Shown: positions 26,101 to 41,100 of the stretch, in pieces
Layout of the letters: every line of letters starts with the position of its first letter
How positions within the stretch are numbered: position 1 is the first letter of the stretch
Assembly (NCBI GenBank): GCA_032718475.1
Contig: JAUCBJ010002454.1
Coordinates: 43,521-107,520 of the forward strand
Source: Nemertoderma westbladi
Lineage: Eukaryota; Animalia; Xenacoelomorpha
DNA: 64,000 nucleotides
Direction of reading: 5' to 3'
Notes under the pieces: generated by a model
Database searches by the model: none
Told to the model about the DNA's origin: nothing
What the model saw: only the letters and a program-made list of their open reading frames with translations
Position numbers and translations under genes: made by a program

Positions 26101-29100
26101 GACTCCAACCAAAGAGACCCCGTTAACCTACAAAGTAAATATAGACGTGAGTGACTCCAACCAAAGAGACCACGTTAACCTACAAAGTAAATATAGACGT
26201 GAGTGACTCCAACCAAAGAGACCCCGTTAACCTACAAAGTAAATATAGACGTGAGTGACTCCAACCAAAGAGACCCCGTTAGCCTACAAAGTAAATATAG
26301 ACGTGAGTGACTCCAACCAAAGAGACCCCGTTAACCTACAAAGTAAATACAGACGTGAGTGACTCCAACCAAAGAGACCCCGTTAACCTACAAAGTAAAT
26401 ATAGACGTGAGTGACTCCAACCAAAGAGACCCCGTTAATCTACAAAGTAAATATAGACGTGAGTGACTCCAACCAAAGAGACCCCGTTAATCTACAAAGT
26501 AAATACAGACGTGAGTGACTCCAACCAAAGAGACCCCGTTAACCTACAAAGTAAATATAGACGTGAGTGACTCCATCCAAAGAGACTCCGTTAATCTACA
26601 AAGTAAATATAGACGTGAGTGACTCCAACCAAAGAGACCCCGTTAACCTACAAAGTAAATATAGACGTGAGTGACTCCAACCAAAGAGACCACGTTAACC
26701 TACAAAGTAAATATAGGCGTGAGTGACTCCAACCAAAGAGACTCCGTTAACCTACAAAGTAAATATAGACGTGAGTGACTCCAACCAAAGAGACCCCGTT
26801 AACCTACAAAGTAAATATAGACGTGAGTGACTCCAACCAAAGAGACCCCGTTAACCTACAAAGTAAATACAGACGTGAGTGACTCCAACCAAAGAGACCC
26901 CGTTAACCTACAAAGTAAATATAGACGTGAGTGACTCCAACCAAAGAGACCCCGTTAACCTACAAAGTAAATACAGACGTGAGTGACTCCAACCAAAGAG
27001 ACCCCGTTAACCTACAAAGTAAATATAGACGTGAGTGACTCCAACCAAAGAGACCCCGTTAACCTACAAAGTAAATATAGACGTGAGTGACTCCAACCAA
27101 AGAGACCCCGTTAACCTACAAAGTAAATATAGACGTGAGTGACTCCAACCAAAGAGACTCCGTTAACCTACAAAGTAAATATAGACGTGAGTGACTCCAA
27201 CCAAAGAGACCCCGTTAACCTACAAAGTAAATATAGACGTGAGTGACTCCAACCAAAGAGACCCCGTTAACCTACAAAGTAAATACAGACGTGAGTGACT
27301 CCAACCAAAGAGACCCCGTTAACCTACAAAGTAAATATAGACGTGAGTGACTCCAACCAAAGAGACCCCGTTAACCTACAAAGTAAATATAGACGTGAGT
27401 GACTCCAACCAAAGAGACCCCGTTAACCTACAAAGTAAATATAGACGTGAGTGACTCCAACCAAAGAGACCCCGTTAACCTACAAAGTAAATATAGACGT
27501 GAGTGACTCCAACCAAAGAGACCCCGTTAACCTACAAAGTAAATATAGACGTGAGTGACTCCAACCAAAGAGACCCCGTTAACCTACAAAGTAAATATAG
27601 ACGTGAGTGACTCCAACCAAAGAGACCCCGTTAACCTACAAAGTAAATACAGACGTGAGTGACTCCAACCAAAGAGACCCCGTTAACCTACAAAGTAAAT
27701 ATAGACGTGAGTGACTCCAACCAAAGAGACCCCGTTAACCTACAAAGTAAATATAGACGTGAGTGACTCCAACCAAAGAGACCCCGTTAACCTACAAAGT
27801 AAATATAGACGTGAGTGACTCCAACCAAAGAGACCCCGTTAACCTACAAAGTAAATATAGACGTGAGTGACTCCAACCAAAGAGACCCCGTTAACCTACA
27901 AAGTAAATATAGACGTGAGTGACTCCAACCAAAGAGACCCCGTTAACCTACAAAGTAAATATAGACGTGAGTGACTCCAACCAAAGAGACCCCGTTAACC
28001 TACAAAGTAAATACAGACGTGAGTGACTCCAACCAAAGAGACCCCGTTAACCTACAAAGTAAATATAGACGTGAGTGACTCCAACCAAAGAGACCCCGTT
28101 AACCTACAAAGTAAATACAGACGTGAGTGACTCCAACCAAAGAGACCCCGTTAACCTACAAAGTAAATATAGACGTGAGTGACTCCAACCAAAGAGACCC
28201 CGTTAACCTACAAAGTAAATATAGACGTGAGTGACTCCAACCAAAGAGACCCCGTTAACCTACAAAGTAAATATAGACGTGAGTGACTCCAACCAAAGAG
28301 ACCCCGTTAACCTACAAAGTAAATATAGACGTGAGTGACTCCAACCAAAGAGACCCCGTTAACCTACAAAGTAAATATAGACGTGAGTGACTCCAACCAA
28401 AGAGACCCCGTTAACCTACAAAGTAAATATAGACGTGAGTGACTCCAACCAAAGAGACCCCGTTAACCTACAAAGTAAATACAGACGTGAGTGACTCCAA
28501 CCAAAGAGACCCCGTTAACCTACAAAGTAAATATAGACGTGAGTGACTCCAACCAAAGAGACCCCGTTAACCTACAAAGTAAATATAGACGTGAGTGACT
28601 CCAACCAAAGAGACCCCGTTAACCTACAAAGTAAATATAGACGTGAGTGACTCCAACCAAAGAGACCCCGTTAACCTACAAAGTAAATATAGACGTGAGT
28701 GACTCCAACCAAAGAGACCCCGTTAACCTACAAAGTAAATATAGACGTGAGTGACTCCAACCAAAGAGACCCCGTTAACCTACAAAGTAAATATAGACGT
28801 GAGTGACTCCAACCAAAGAGACCCCGTTAACCTACAAAGTAAATATAGACGTGAGTGACTCCAACCAAAGAGACCCCGTTAACCTACAAAGTAAATATAG
28901 ACGTGAGTGACTCCAACCAAAGAGACCCCGTTAACCTACAAAGTAAATACAGACGTGAGTGACTCCAACCAAAGAGACCCCGTTAACCTACAAAGTAAAT
29001 ACAGACGTGAGTGACTCCAACCAAAGAGACCCCGTTAACCTACAAAGTAAATATAGACGTGAGTGACTCCAACCAAAGAGACCCCGTTAACCTACAAAGT

Positions 29101-32100
29101 AAATATAGACGTGAGTGACTCCAACCAAAGAGACCCCGTTAACCTACAAAGTAAATATAGACGTGAGTGACTCCAACCAAAGAGACCCCGTTAACCTACA
29201 AAGTAAATATAGACGTGAGTGACTCCAACCAAAGAGACCCCGTTAACCTACAAAGTAAATATAGACGTGAGTGACTCCAACCAAAGAGACCCCGTTAACC
29301 TACAAAGTAAATATAGACGTGAGTGACTCCAACCAAAGAGACCCCGTTAACCTACAAAGTAAATATAGACGTGAGTGACTCCAACCAAAGAGACCCCGTT
29401 AACCTACAAAGTAAATACAGACGTGAGTGACTCCAACCAAAGAGACCCCGTTAACCTACAAAGTAAATACAGACGTGAGTGACTCCAACCAAAGAGACCC
29501 CGTTAACCTACAAAGTAAATATAGACGTGAGTGACTCCAACCAAAGAGACCCCGTTAACCTACAAAGTAAATATAGACGTGAGTGACTCCAACCAAAGAG
29601 ACCCCGTTAACCTACAAAGTAAATACAGACGTGAGTGACTCCAACCAAAGAGACCCCGTTAACCTACAAAGTAAATATAGACGTGAGTGACTCCAACCAA
29701 AGAGACCCCGTTAACCTACAAAGTAAATATAGACGTGAGTGACTCCAACCAAAGAGACCCCGTTAACCTACAAAGTAAATATAGACGTGAGTGACTCCAA
29801 CCAAAGAGACCCCGTTAACCTACAAAGTAAATACAGACGTGAGTGACTCCAACCAAAGAGACCCCGTTAACCTACAAAGTAAATATAGACGTGAGTGACT
29901 CCAACCAAAGAGACCCCGTTAACCTACAAAGTAAATATAGACGTGAGTGACTCCAACCAAAGAGACCCCGTTAACCTACAAAGTAAATATAGACGTGAGT
30001 GACTCCAACCAAAGAGACCCCGTTAACCTACAAAGTAAATATAGACGTGAGTGACTCCAACCAAAGAGACCCCGTTAACCTACAAAGTAAATATAGACGT
30101 GAGTGACTCCAACCAAAGAGACCCCGTTAACCTACAAAGTAAATATAGACGTGAGTGACTCCAACCAAAGAGACCCCGTTAACCTACAAAGTAAATATAG
30201 ACGTGAGTGACTCCAACCAAAGAGACCCCGTTAACCTACAAAGTAAATATAGACGTGAGTGACTCCAACCAAAGAGACCCCGTTAACCTACAAAGTAAAT
30301 ATAGACGTGAGTGACTCCAACCAAAGAGACCCCGTTAACCTACAAAGTAAATACAGACGTGAGTGACTCCAACCAAAGAGACCCCGTTAACCTACAAAGT
30401 AAATATAGACGTGAGTGACTCCAACCAAAGAGACCCCGTTAACCTACAAAGTAAATATAGACGTGAGTGACTCCAACCAAAGAGACCCCGTTAACCTACA
30501 AAGTAAATACAGACGTGAGTGACTCCAACCAAAGAGACCCCGTTAACCTACAAAGTAAATATAGACGTGAGTGACTCCAACCAAAGAGACCCCGTTAACC
30601 TACAAAGTAAATATAGACGTGAGTGACTCCAACCAAAGAGACCCCGTTAACCTACAAAGTAAATATAGACGTGAGTGACTCCAACCAAAGAGACCCCGTT
30701 AACCTACAAAGTAAATATAGACGTGAGTGACTCCAACCAAAGAGACCCCGTTAACCTACAAAGTAAATATAGACGTGAGTGACTCCAACCAAAGAGACCC
30801 CGTTAACCTACAAAGTAAATATAGACGTGAGTGACTCCAACCAAAGAGACCCCGTTAACCTACAAAGTAAATACAGACGTGAGTGACTCCAACCAAAGAG
30901 ACCCCGTTAACCTACAAAGTAAATATAGACGTGAGTGACTCCAACCAAAGAGACCCCGTTAACCTACAAAGTAAATATAGACGTGAGTGACTCCAACCAA
31001 AGAGACCCCGTTAACCTACAAAGTAAATACAGACGTGAGTGACTCCAACCAAAGAGACCCCGTTAACCTACAAAGTAAATATAGACGTGAGTGACTCCAA
31101 CCAAAGAGACCCCGTTAACCTACAAAGTAAATATAGACGTGAGTGACTCCAACCAAAGAGACCCCGTTAACCTACAAAGTAAATATAGACGTGAGTGACT
31201 CCAACCAAAGAGACCCCGTTAACCTACAAAGTAAATACAGACGTGAGTGACTCCAACCAAAGAGACCCCGTTAGCCTACAAAGTAAATATAGACGTAAGT
31301 GACTCCAACCAAAGAGACCCCGTTAACCTACAAAGTAAATACAGACGTGAGTGACTCCAACCAAAGAGACCCCGTTAACCTACAAAGTAAATACAGACGT
31401 GAGTGACTCCAACCAAAGAGACCCCGTTAACCTACAAAGTAAATATAGGCGTGAGTGACTCCAACCAAAGAGACCCCGTTAACCTACAAAGTAAATATAG
31501 ACGTGAGTGACTCCAACCAAAGAGACCCCGTTAACCTACAAAGTAAATATAGACGTGAGTGACTCCAACCAAAGAGACCCCGTTAACCTACAAAGTAAAT
31601 ACAGACGTGAGTGACTCCAACCAAAGAGACCCCGTTAGCCTACAAAGTAAATATAGACGTGAGTGACTCCAACCAAAGAGACCCCGTTAACCTACAAAGT
31701 AAATACAGACGTGAGTGACTCCAACCAAAGAGACCCCGTTAACCTACAAAGTAAATACAGACGTGAGTGACTCCAACCAAAGAGACCCCGTTAACCTACA
31801 AAGTAAATACAGACGTGAGTGACTCCAACCAAAGAGACCCCGTTAACCTACAAAGTAAATACAGACGTGAGTGACTCCAACCAAAGAGACCCCGTTAACC
31901 TACAAAGTAAATATAGGCGTGAGTGACTCCAACCAAAGAGACCCCGTTAACCTACAAAGTAAATATAGACGTGAGTGACTCCAACCAAAGAGACCCCGTT
32001 AACCTACAAAGTAAATACAGACGTGAGTGACTCCAACCAAAGAGACCCCGTTAGCCTACAAAGTAAATATAGACGTAAGTGACTCCAACCAAAGAGACCC

Positions 32101-35100
32101 CGTTAACCTACAAAGTAAATATAGACGTGAGTGACTCCAACCAAAGAGACCCCGTTAACCTACAAAGTAAATATAGACGTAAGTGACTCCAACCAAAGAG
32201 ACCCCGTTAACCTACAAAGTAAATATAGACGTGAGTGACTCCAACCAAAGAGACCCCATTAACCTACAAAGTAAATATAGACGTGAGTGACTCCAACCAA
32301 AGAGACCCCGTTAATCTACAAAGTAAATATAGACGTGAGTGACTCCAACCAAAGAGACCCCGTTAATCTACAAAGTAAATATAGACGTGAGTGACTCCAA
32401 CCAAAGAGACCCCGTTAACCTACATAGTAAATATAGACGCGAGTGACTCCAACCAAAGAGACCCCGTTAACCTACATAGTAATTATAGACGTGAGTGACT
32501 CCAACCAAAGAGACCCCGTTAACCTACAAAGTAAATATAGACGTGAGTGACTCCAAGCATAGAGACCCCGTTAACCTACAAAGTAAATACAGACGTGAGT
32601 GACTCCAACCAAAGAGACCCCGTTAACCTACATAGTAAATATAGACGCGAGTGACTCCAACCAAAGAGACCCCGTTAACCTACATAGTAATTATAGACGT
32701 GAGTGACTCCAACCAAAGAGACCCCGTTAACCTACAAAGTAAATATAGACGTGAGTGACTCCAAGCATAGAGACCCCGTTAACCTACAAAGTAAATACAG
32801 ACGTGAGTGACTCCAACCAAAGAGACCCCGTTAACCTACAAAGTAAATATAGACGTGAGTGACTCCAACCAAAGAGACCCCGTTAACCTACAAAGTAAAT
32901 ACAGACGTGAGTGACTCCAACCAAAGAGACCCCGTTAATCTACAAAGTAAATATAGAGGTGAGTGACTCCAACCAAAGAGACCCCGTTAGCCTACAAAGT
33001 AAATATAGACGTGAGTGACTCCAACCAAAGAGACCCCGTTAACCTACAAAGTAAATACAGACGTGAGTGACCCCAACCAAAGAGACCCCGTTAACCTACA
33101 AAGTAAATATAGACGTGAGTGACTCCAACCAAAGAGACCCCGTTAATCTACAAAGTAAATATAGAGGTGAGTGACTCCAACCAAAGAGACCCCGTTAGCC
33201 TACAAAGTAAATATAGACGTGAGTGACTCCAACCAAAGAGACCCCGTTAGCCTACAAAGTAAATATAGACGTGAGTGACTCCAACCAAAGAGACCCCGTT
33301 AGCCTACAAAGTAAATATAGACGTGAGTGACTCCAACCAAAGAGACCCCGTTAACCTACAAAGTAAATATAGACGTGAGTGACTCCAACCAAAGAGACCC
33401 CGTTAGCCTACAAAGTAAATATAGACGGTGAGTGACTCCAACCAAAGAGACCCCGTTAACCTACAAAGTAAATATAGACGTAAGTGACTCCAACCAAAGA
33501 GACCCCGTTAACCTACAAAGTAAATATAGACGTGAGTGACTCCAACCAAAGAGACCCCGTTAATCTACAAAGTAAATATAGACGTGAGTGACTCCAACCA
33601 AAGAGACCCCGTTAACCTACAAAGTAAATATAGACGTAAGTGACTCCAACCAAAGAGACCCCGTTAACCTACAAAGTAAATATAGACGTGAGTGACTCCA
33701 ACCAAAGAGACCCCGTTAACCTACAAAGTAAATATAGACGTGAGTGACTCCAACCAAAGAGACCCCGTTAACCTACAAAGTAAATATAGACGTAAGTGAC
33801 TCCAACCAAAGAGACCCCGTTAACCTACAAAGTAAATATAGACGTGAGTGACTCCAACCAAAGAGACCCCGTTAACCTACAAAGTAAATATAGACGTGAG
33901 TGACTCCAACCAAAGAGACCCCGTTAACCTACAAAGTAAATATAGACGTGAGTGACTCCAACCAAAGAGACCCCGTTAACCTACAAAGTAAATATAGACG
34001 TGAGTGACTCCAACCAAAGAGACCCCGTTAACCTACAAAGTAAATATAGACGTGAGTGACTCCAACCAAAGAGACCCCGTTAATCTACAAAGTAAATATA
34101 GACGTGAGTGACTCCAACCAAAGAGACCCCGTTAATCTACAAAGTAAATATAGACGTGAGTGACTCCAACCAAAGAGACCCCGTTAACCTACAAAGTAAA
34201 TATAGACGTGAGTGACTCCAACCAAAGAGACCCCGTTAACCTACAAAGTAAATATAGACGTGAGTGACTCCAACCAAAGAGACCCCGTTAACCTACAAAG
34301 TAAATATAGACGTGAGTGACTCCAACCAAAGAGACCCCGTTAACCTACAAAGTAAATATAGACGTGAGTGACTCCAACCAAAGAGACCCCGTTAACCTAC
34401 AAAGTAAATATAGACGTGAGTGACTCCAACCAAAGAGACCCCGTTAACCTACAAAGTAAATATAGACGTGAGTGACTCCAACCAAAGAGACCCCGTTAAC
34501 CTACAAAGTAAATATAGACGTGAGTGACTCCAACCAAAGAGACCCCGTTAACCTACAAAGTAAATACAGACGTGAGTGACTCCAACCAAAGAGACCCCGT
34601 TAACCTACAAAGTAAATATAGACGTGAGTGACTCCAACCAAAGAGACCCCGTTAACCTACAAAGTAAATATAGACGTGAGTGACTCCAACCAAAGAGACC
34701 CCGTTAACCTACAAAGTAAATACAGACGTGAGTGACTCCAACCAAAGAGACCCCGTTAACCTACAAAGTAAATATAGACGTGAGTGACTCCAACCAAAGA
34801 GACCCCGTTAACCTACAAAGTAAATATAGACGTGAGTGACTCCAACCAAAGAGACCCCGTTAACCTACAAAGTAAATATAGACGTGAGTGACTCCAACCA
34901 AAGAGACCCCGTTAACCTACAAAGTAAATATAGACGTGAGTGACTCCAACCAAAGAGACCCCGTTAACCTACAAAGTAAATATAGACGTGAGTGACTCCA
35001 ACCAAAGAGACCCCGTTAACCTACAAAGTAAATATAGACGTGAGTGACTCCAACCAAAGAGACCCCGTTAACCTACAAAGTAAATATAGACGTGAGTGAC

Positions 35101-38100
35101 TCCAACCAAAGAGACCCCGTTAACCTACAAAGTAAATATAGACGTGAGTGACTCCAACCAAAGAGACCCCGTTAACCTACAAAGTAAATATAGACGTGAG
35201 TGACTCCAACCAAAGAGACCCCGTTAACCTACAAAGTAAATATAGACGTGAGTGACTCCAACCAAAGAGACCCCGTTAACCTACAAAGTAAATATAGACG
35301 TGAGTGACTCCAACCAAAGAGACCCCGTTAACCTACAAAGTAAATATAGACGTGAGTGACTCCAACCAAAGAGACCCCGTTAACCTACAAAGTAAATATA
35401 GACGTGAGTGACTCCAACCAAAGAGACCCCGTTAACCTACAAAGTAAATATAGACGTGAGTGACTCCAACCAAAGAGACCCCGTTAACCTACAAAGTAAA
35501 TATAGACGTGAGTGACTCCAACCAAAGAGACCCCGTTAACTCTACAAAGTAAATATAGACGTGAGTGACTCCAACCAAAGAGACCCCGTTAACCTACAAA
35601 GTAAATATAGACGTGAGTGACTCCAACCAAAGAGACCCCGTTAACCTACAAAGTAAATATAGACGTGAGTGACTCCAACCAAAGAGACCCCGTTAACCTA
35701 CAAAGTAAATATAGACGTGAGTGACTCCAACCAAAGAGACCCCGTTAACCTACAAAGTAAATATAGACGTGAGTGACTCCAACCAAAGAGACCCCGTTAA
35801 CCTACAAAGTAAATATAGACGTGAGTGACTCCAACCAAAGAGACCCCGTTAACCTACAAAGTAAATATAGACGTGAGTGACTCCAACCAAAGAGACCCCG
35901 TTAACCTACAAAGTAAATATAGACGTGAGTGACTCCAACCAAAGAGACCCCGTTAACCTACAAAGTAAATATAGACGTGAGTGACTCCAACCAAAGAGAC
36001 CCCGTTAATCTACAAAGTAAATATAGACGTGAGTGACTCCAACCAAAGAGACCCCGTTAACCTACAAAGTAAATATAGACGTGAGTGACTCCAACCAAAG
36101 AGACCCCGTTAACCTACAAAGTAAATATAGACGTGAGTGACTCCAACCAAAGAGACCCCGTTAACCTACAAAGTAAATATAGACGTGAGTGACTCCAACC
36201 AAAGAGACCCCGTTAGCCTACAAAGTAAATATAGACGTGAGTGACTCCAACCAAAGAGACCCCGTTAACCTACAAAGTAAATATAGACGTGAGTGACTCC
36301 AACCAAAGAGACCCCGTTAACCTACAAAGTAAATATAGACGTGAGTGACTCCAACCAAAGAGACCCCGTTAACCTACAAAGTAAATATAGACGTGAGTGA
36401 CTCCAACCAAAGAGACCCCGTTAACCTACAAAGTAAATATAGACGTGAGTGACTCCAACCAAAGAGACCCCGTTAACCTACAAAGTAAATACAGACGTGA
36501 GTGACTCCAACCAAAGAGCCCCCGTTAGCCTACAAAGTAAATATAGACGTGAGTGACTCCAACCAAAGAGACCCCGTTAACCTACAAAGTAAATATAGAC
36601 GTGAGTGACTCCAACCAAAGAGACCCCGTTAACCTACAAAGTAAATATAGACGTGAGTGACTCCAACCAAAGAGACCCCGTTAACCTACAAAGTAAATAT
36701 AGACGTGAGTGACTCCAACCAAAGAGCCCCCGTTAGCCTACAAAGTAAATATAGACGTGAGTGACTCCAACCAAAGAGACCCCGTTAATCTACAAAGTAA
36801 ATATAGACGTGAGTGACTCCAACCAAAGAGACCCCGTTAATCTACAAAGTAAATATAGACGTGAGTGACTCCAACCAAAGAGACCCCGTTAACCTACAAA
36901 GTAAATATAGACGTGAGTGACTCCAACCAAAGAGACCCCGTTAACCTACAAAGTAAATATAGACGTGAGTGACTCCAACCAAAGAGACCCCGTTAACCTA
37001 CAAAGTAAATATAGACGTGAGTGACTCCAACCAAAGAGCCCCCGTTAGCCTACAAAGTAAATATAGACGTGAGTGACTCCAACCAAAGAGACCCCGTTAA
37101 CCTACAAAGTAAATATAGACGTGAGTGACTCCAACCAAAGAGACCCCGTTAATCTACAAAGTAAATATAGACGTGAGTGACTCCAACCAAAGAGACCCCG
37201 TTAACCTACAAAGTAAATACAGACGTGAGTGACTCCAACCAAAGAGACCCCGTTAATCTACAAAGTAAATATAGACGTGAGTGACTCCAACCAAAGAGAC
37301 CCCGTTAACCTACAAAGTAAATATAGACGTGAGTGACTCCAACCAAAGAGACCCCGTTAATCTACAAAGTAAATATAGACGTGAGTGACTCCAACCAAAG
37401 AGACCCCGTTAACCTACAAAGTAAATACAGACGTGAGTGACTCCAACCAAAGAGACCCCGTTAATCTACAAAGTAAATATAGACGTGAGTGACTCCAACC
37501 AAAGAGACCCCGTTAGCCTACAAAGTAAATATAGACGTGAGTGACTCCAACCAAAGAGACCCCGTTAATCTACAAAGTAAATATAGACGTGAGTGACTCC
37601 AACCAAAGAGACCCCGTTAATCTACAAAGTAAATATAGACGTGAGTGACTCCAACCAAAGAGACCCCGTTAATCTACAAAGTAAATATAGACGTGAGTGA
37701 CTCCAACCAAAGAGACCCCGTTAGCCTACAAAGTAAATATAGACGTGAGTGACTCCAACCAAAGAGACCCCGTTAACCTACAAAGTAAATATAGACGTGA
37801 GTGACTCCAACCAAAGAGAACCCGTTAACCTACAAAGTAAATACAGACGTGAGTGACTCCAACCAAAGAGACCCCGTTAACCTACAAAGTAAATATAGAC
37901 GTGAGTGACTCCAACCAAAGAGACCCCGTTAACCTACAAAGTAAATACAGACGTGAGTGACTCCAACCAAAGAGACCCCGTTAATCTACAAAGTAAATAT
38001 AGGCGTGAGTGACTCCAACCAAAGAGACCCCGTTAACCTACAAAGTAAATACAGACGTGAGTGACTCCAACCAAAGAGACCCCGTTAACCTACAAAGTAA

Positions 38101-41100
38101 ATATAGACGTGAGTGACTCCAACCAAAGAGACCCCGTTAACCTACAAAGTAAATACAGACGTGAGTGACTCCAACCAAAGAGACCCCGTTAACCTACAAA
38201 GTAAATACAGACGTGAGTGACTCCAACCAAAGAGACCCCGTTAATCTACAAAGTAAATATAGGCGTGAGTGACTCCAACCAAAGAGACCCCGTTAACCTA
38301 CAAAGTAAATACAGACGTGAGTGACTCCAACCAAAGAGACCCCGTTAATCTACAAAGTAAATATAGACGTGAGTGACTCCAACCAAAGAGACCCCGTTAA
38401 CCTACAAAGTAAATATAGACGTGAGTGACTCCAACCAAAGAGAACCCGTTAACCTACAAAGTAAATACAGACGTGAGTGACTCCAACCAAAGAGACCCCG
38501 TTAATCTACAAAGTAAATATAGGCGTGAGTGACTACAACCAAAGAGACCCCGTTAACCTACAAAGTAAATACAGACGTGAGTGACTCCAACCAAAGAGAC
38601 CCCGTTAACCTACAAAGTAAATACAGACGTGAGTGACTCCAACCAAAGAGACCCCGTTAATCTACAAAGTAAATATAGGCGTGAGTGACTCCAACCAAAG
38701 AGAACCCGTTAACCTACAAAGTAAATACAGACGTGAGTGACTCCAACCAAAGAGACCCCGTTAACCTACAAAGTAAATATAGACGTGAGTGACTCCAACC
38801 AAAGAGACCCCGTTAACCTACAAAGTAAATATAGACGTGAGTGACTCCAACCAAAGAGACCCCGTTAACCTACAAAGTAAATATAGACGTGAGTGACTCC
38901 AACCAAAGAGACCCCGTTAACCTACAAAGTAAATACAGACGTGAGTGACTCCAACCAAAGAGACCCCGTTAACCTACAAAGTAAATATAGACGTGAGTGA
39001 CTCCAACCAAAGAGACCCCGTTAACCTACAAAGTAAATACAGACGTGAGTGACTCCAACCAAAGAGACCCCGTTAACCTACAAAGTAAATATAGACGTGA
39101 GTGACTCCAACCAAAGAGACCCCGTTAACCTACAAAGTAAATATAGACGTGAGTGACTCCAACCAAAGAGACCCCGTTAACCTACAAAGTAAATATAGAC
39201 GTGAGTGACTCCAACCAAAGAGACCCCGTTAACCTACAAAGTAAATACAGACGTGAGTGACTCCAACCAAAGAGACCCCGTTAACCTACAAAGTAAATAT
39301 AGACGTGAGTGACTACAACCAAAGAGACCCCGTTAACCTACAAAGTAAATATAGACGTGAGTGACTCCAACCAAAGAGACCCCGTTAACCTACAAAGTAA
39401 ATACAGACGTGAGTGACTCCAACCAAAGAGACCCCGTTAACCTACAAAGTAAATACAGACGTGAGTGACTCCAACCAAAGAGACCCCGTTAATCTACAAA
39501 GTAAATATAGGCGTGAGTGACTCCAACCAAAGAGACCCCGTTAACCTACAAAGTAAATACAGACGTGAGTGACTCCAACCAAAGAGACCCCGTTAACCTA
39601 CAAAGTAAATACAGACGTGAGTGACTCCAACCAAAGAGACCCCGTTAATCTACAAAGTAAATACAGACGTGAGTGACTCCAACCAAAGAGACCCCGTTAA
39701 CCTACAAAGTAAATATAGACGTGAGTGACTCCAACCAAAGAGACACCGTTAACCTACAAAGTAAATATAGACGTGAGTGACTCCAACCAAAGAGACCCCG
39801 TTAATCTACAAAGTAAATATAGGCGTGAGTGACTCCAAGCAAAGAGACCCCGTTAACCTACAAAGTAAATATAGACGTGAGTGACTCCAACCAAAGAGAC
39901 ACCGTTAACCTACAAAGTAAATATAGACGTGAGTGACTCCAACCAAAGAGACACCGTTAACCTACAAAGTAAATATAGACGTGAGTGACTCCAACCAAAG
40001 AGACCCCGTTAACCTACAAAGTAAATACAGACGTGAGTGACTCCAACCAAAGAGACCCCGTTAATCTACAAAGTAAATATAGACGTGAGTGACTCCAACC
40101 AAAGAGACCCCGTTAACCTACAAAGTAAATACAGACGTGAGTGACTCCAACCAAAGAGACCCCGTTAACCTACAAAGTAAATACAGACGTGAGTGACTCC
40201 AACCAAAGAGACCCCGTTAACCTACAAAGTAAATACAGACGTGAGTGACTCCAACCAAAGAGACCCCGTTAACCTACAAAGTAAATATAGGCGTAAGTGA
40301 CTCCAACCAAAGAGACCCCGTTAACCTACAAAGTAAATATAGACGTGAGTGACTCCAACCAAAGAGACCCCGTTAATCTACAAAGTAAATATAGACGTGA
40401 GTGACTCCAACCAAAGAGACCCCGTTAACCTACAAAGTAAATATAGACGTGAGTGACTCCAAGCATAGAGACCCCGTTAACCTACAAAGTAAATATAGAC
40501 GTGAGTGACTCCAACCAAAGAGACCCCGTTAACCTACAAAGTAAATATAGACGTAAGTGACTCCAACCAAAGAGCCCCCGTTAACCTACAAAGTAAATAC
40601 AGACGTGAGTGACTCCAACCAAAGAGCCCCCGTTAACCTACAAAGTAAATACAGACGTGAGTGACTCCAACCAAAGAGACCCCGTTAACCTACAAAGTAA
40701 ATACAGACGTGAGTGACTCCAACCAAAGAGCCCCCGTTAACCTACAAAGTAAATACAGACGTGAGTGACTCCAACCAAAGAGACCCCGTTAACCTACAAA
40801 GTAAATATAGGCGTAAGTGACTCCAACCAAAGAGACCCCGTTAACCTACAAAGTAAATATAGACGTGAGTGACTCCAACCAAAGAGACCCCGTTAATCTA
40901 CAAAGTAAATATAGACGTGAGTGACTCCAACCAAAGAGACCCCGTTAACCTACAAAGTAAATATAGACGTAAGTGACTCCAACCAAAGAGACCCCGTTAA
41001 CCTACAAAGTAAATATAGACGTGAGTGACTCCAACCAAAGAGACCCCGTTAATCTACAAAGTAAATATAGACGTGAGTGACTCCAACCAAAGAGACCCCG

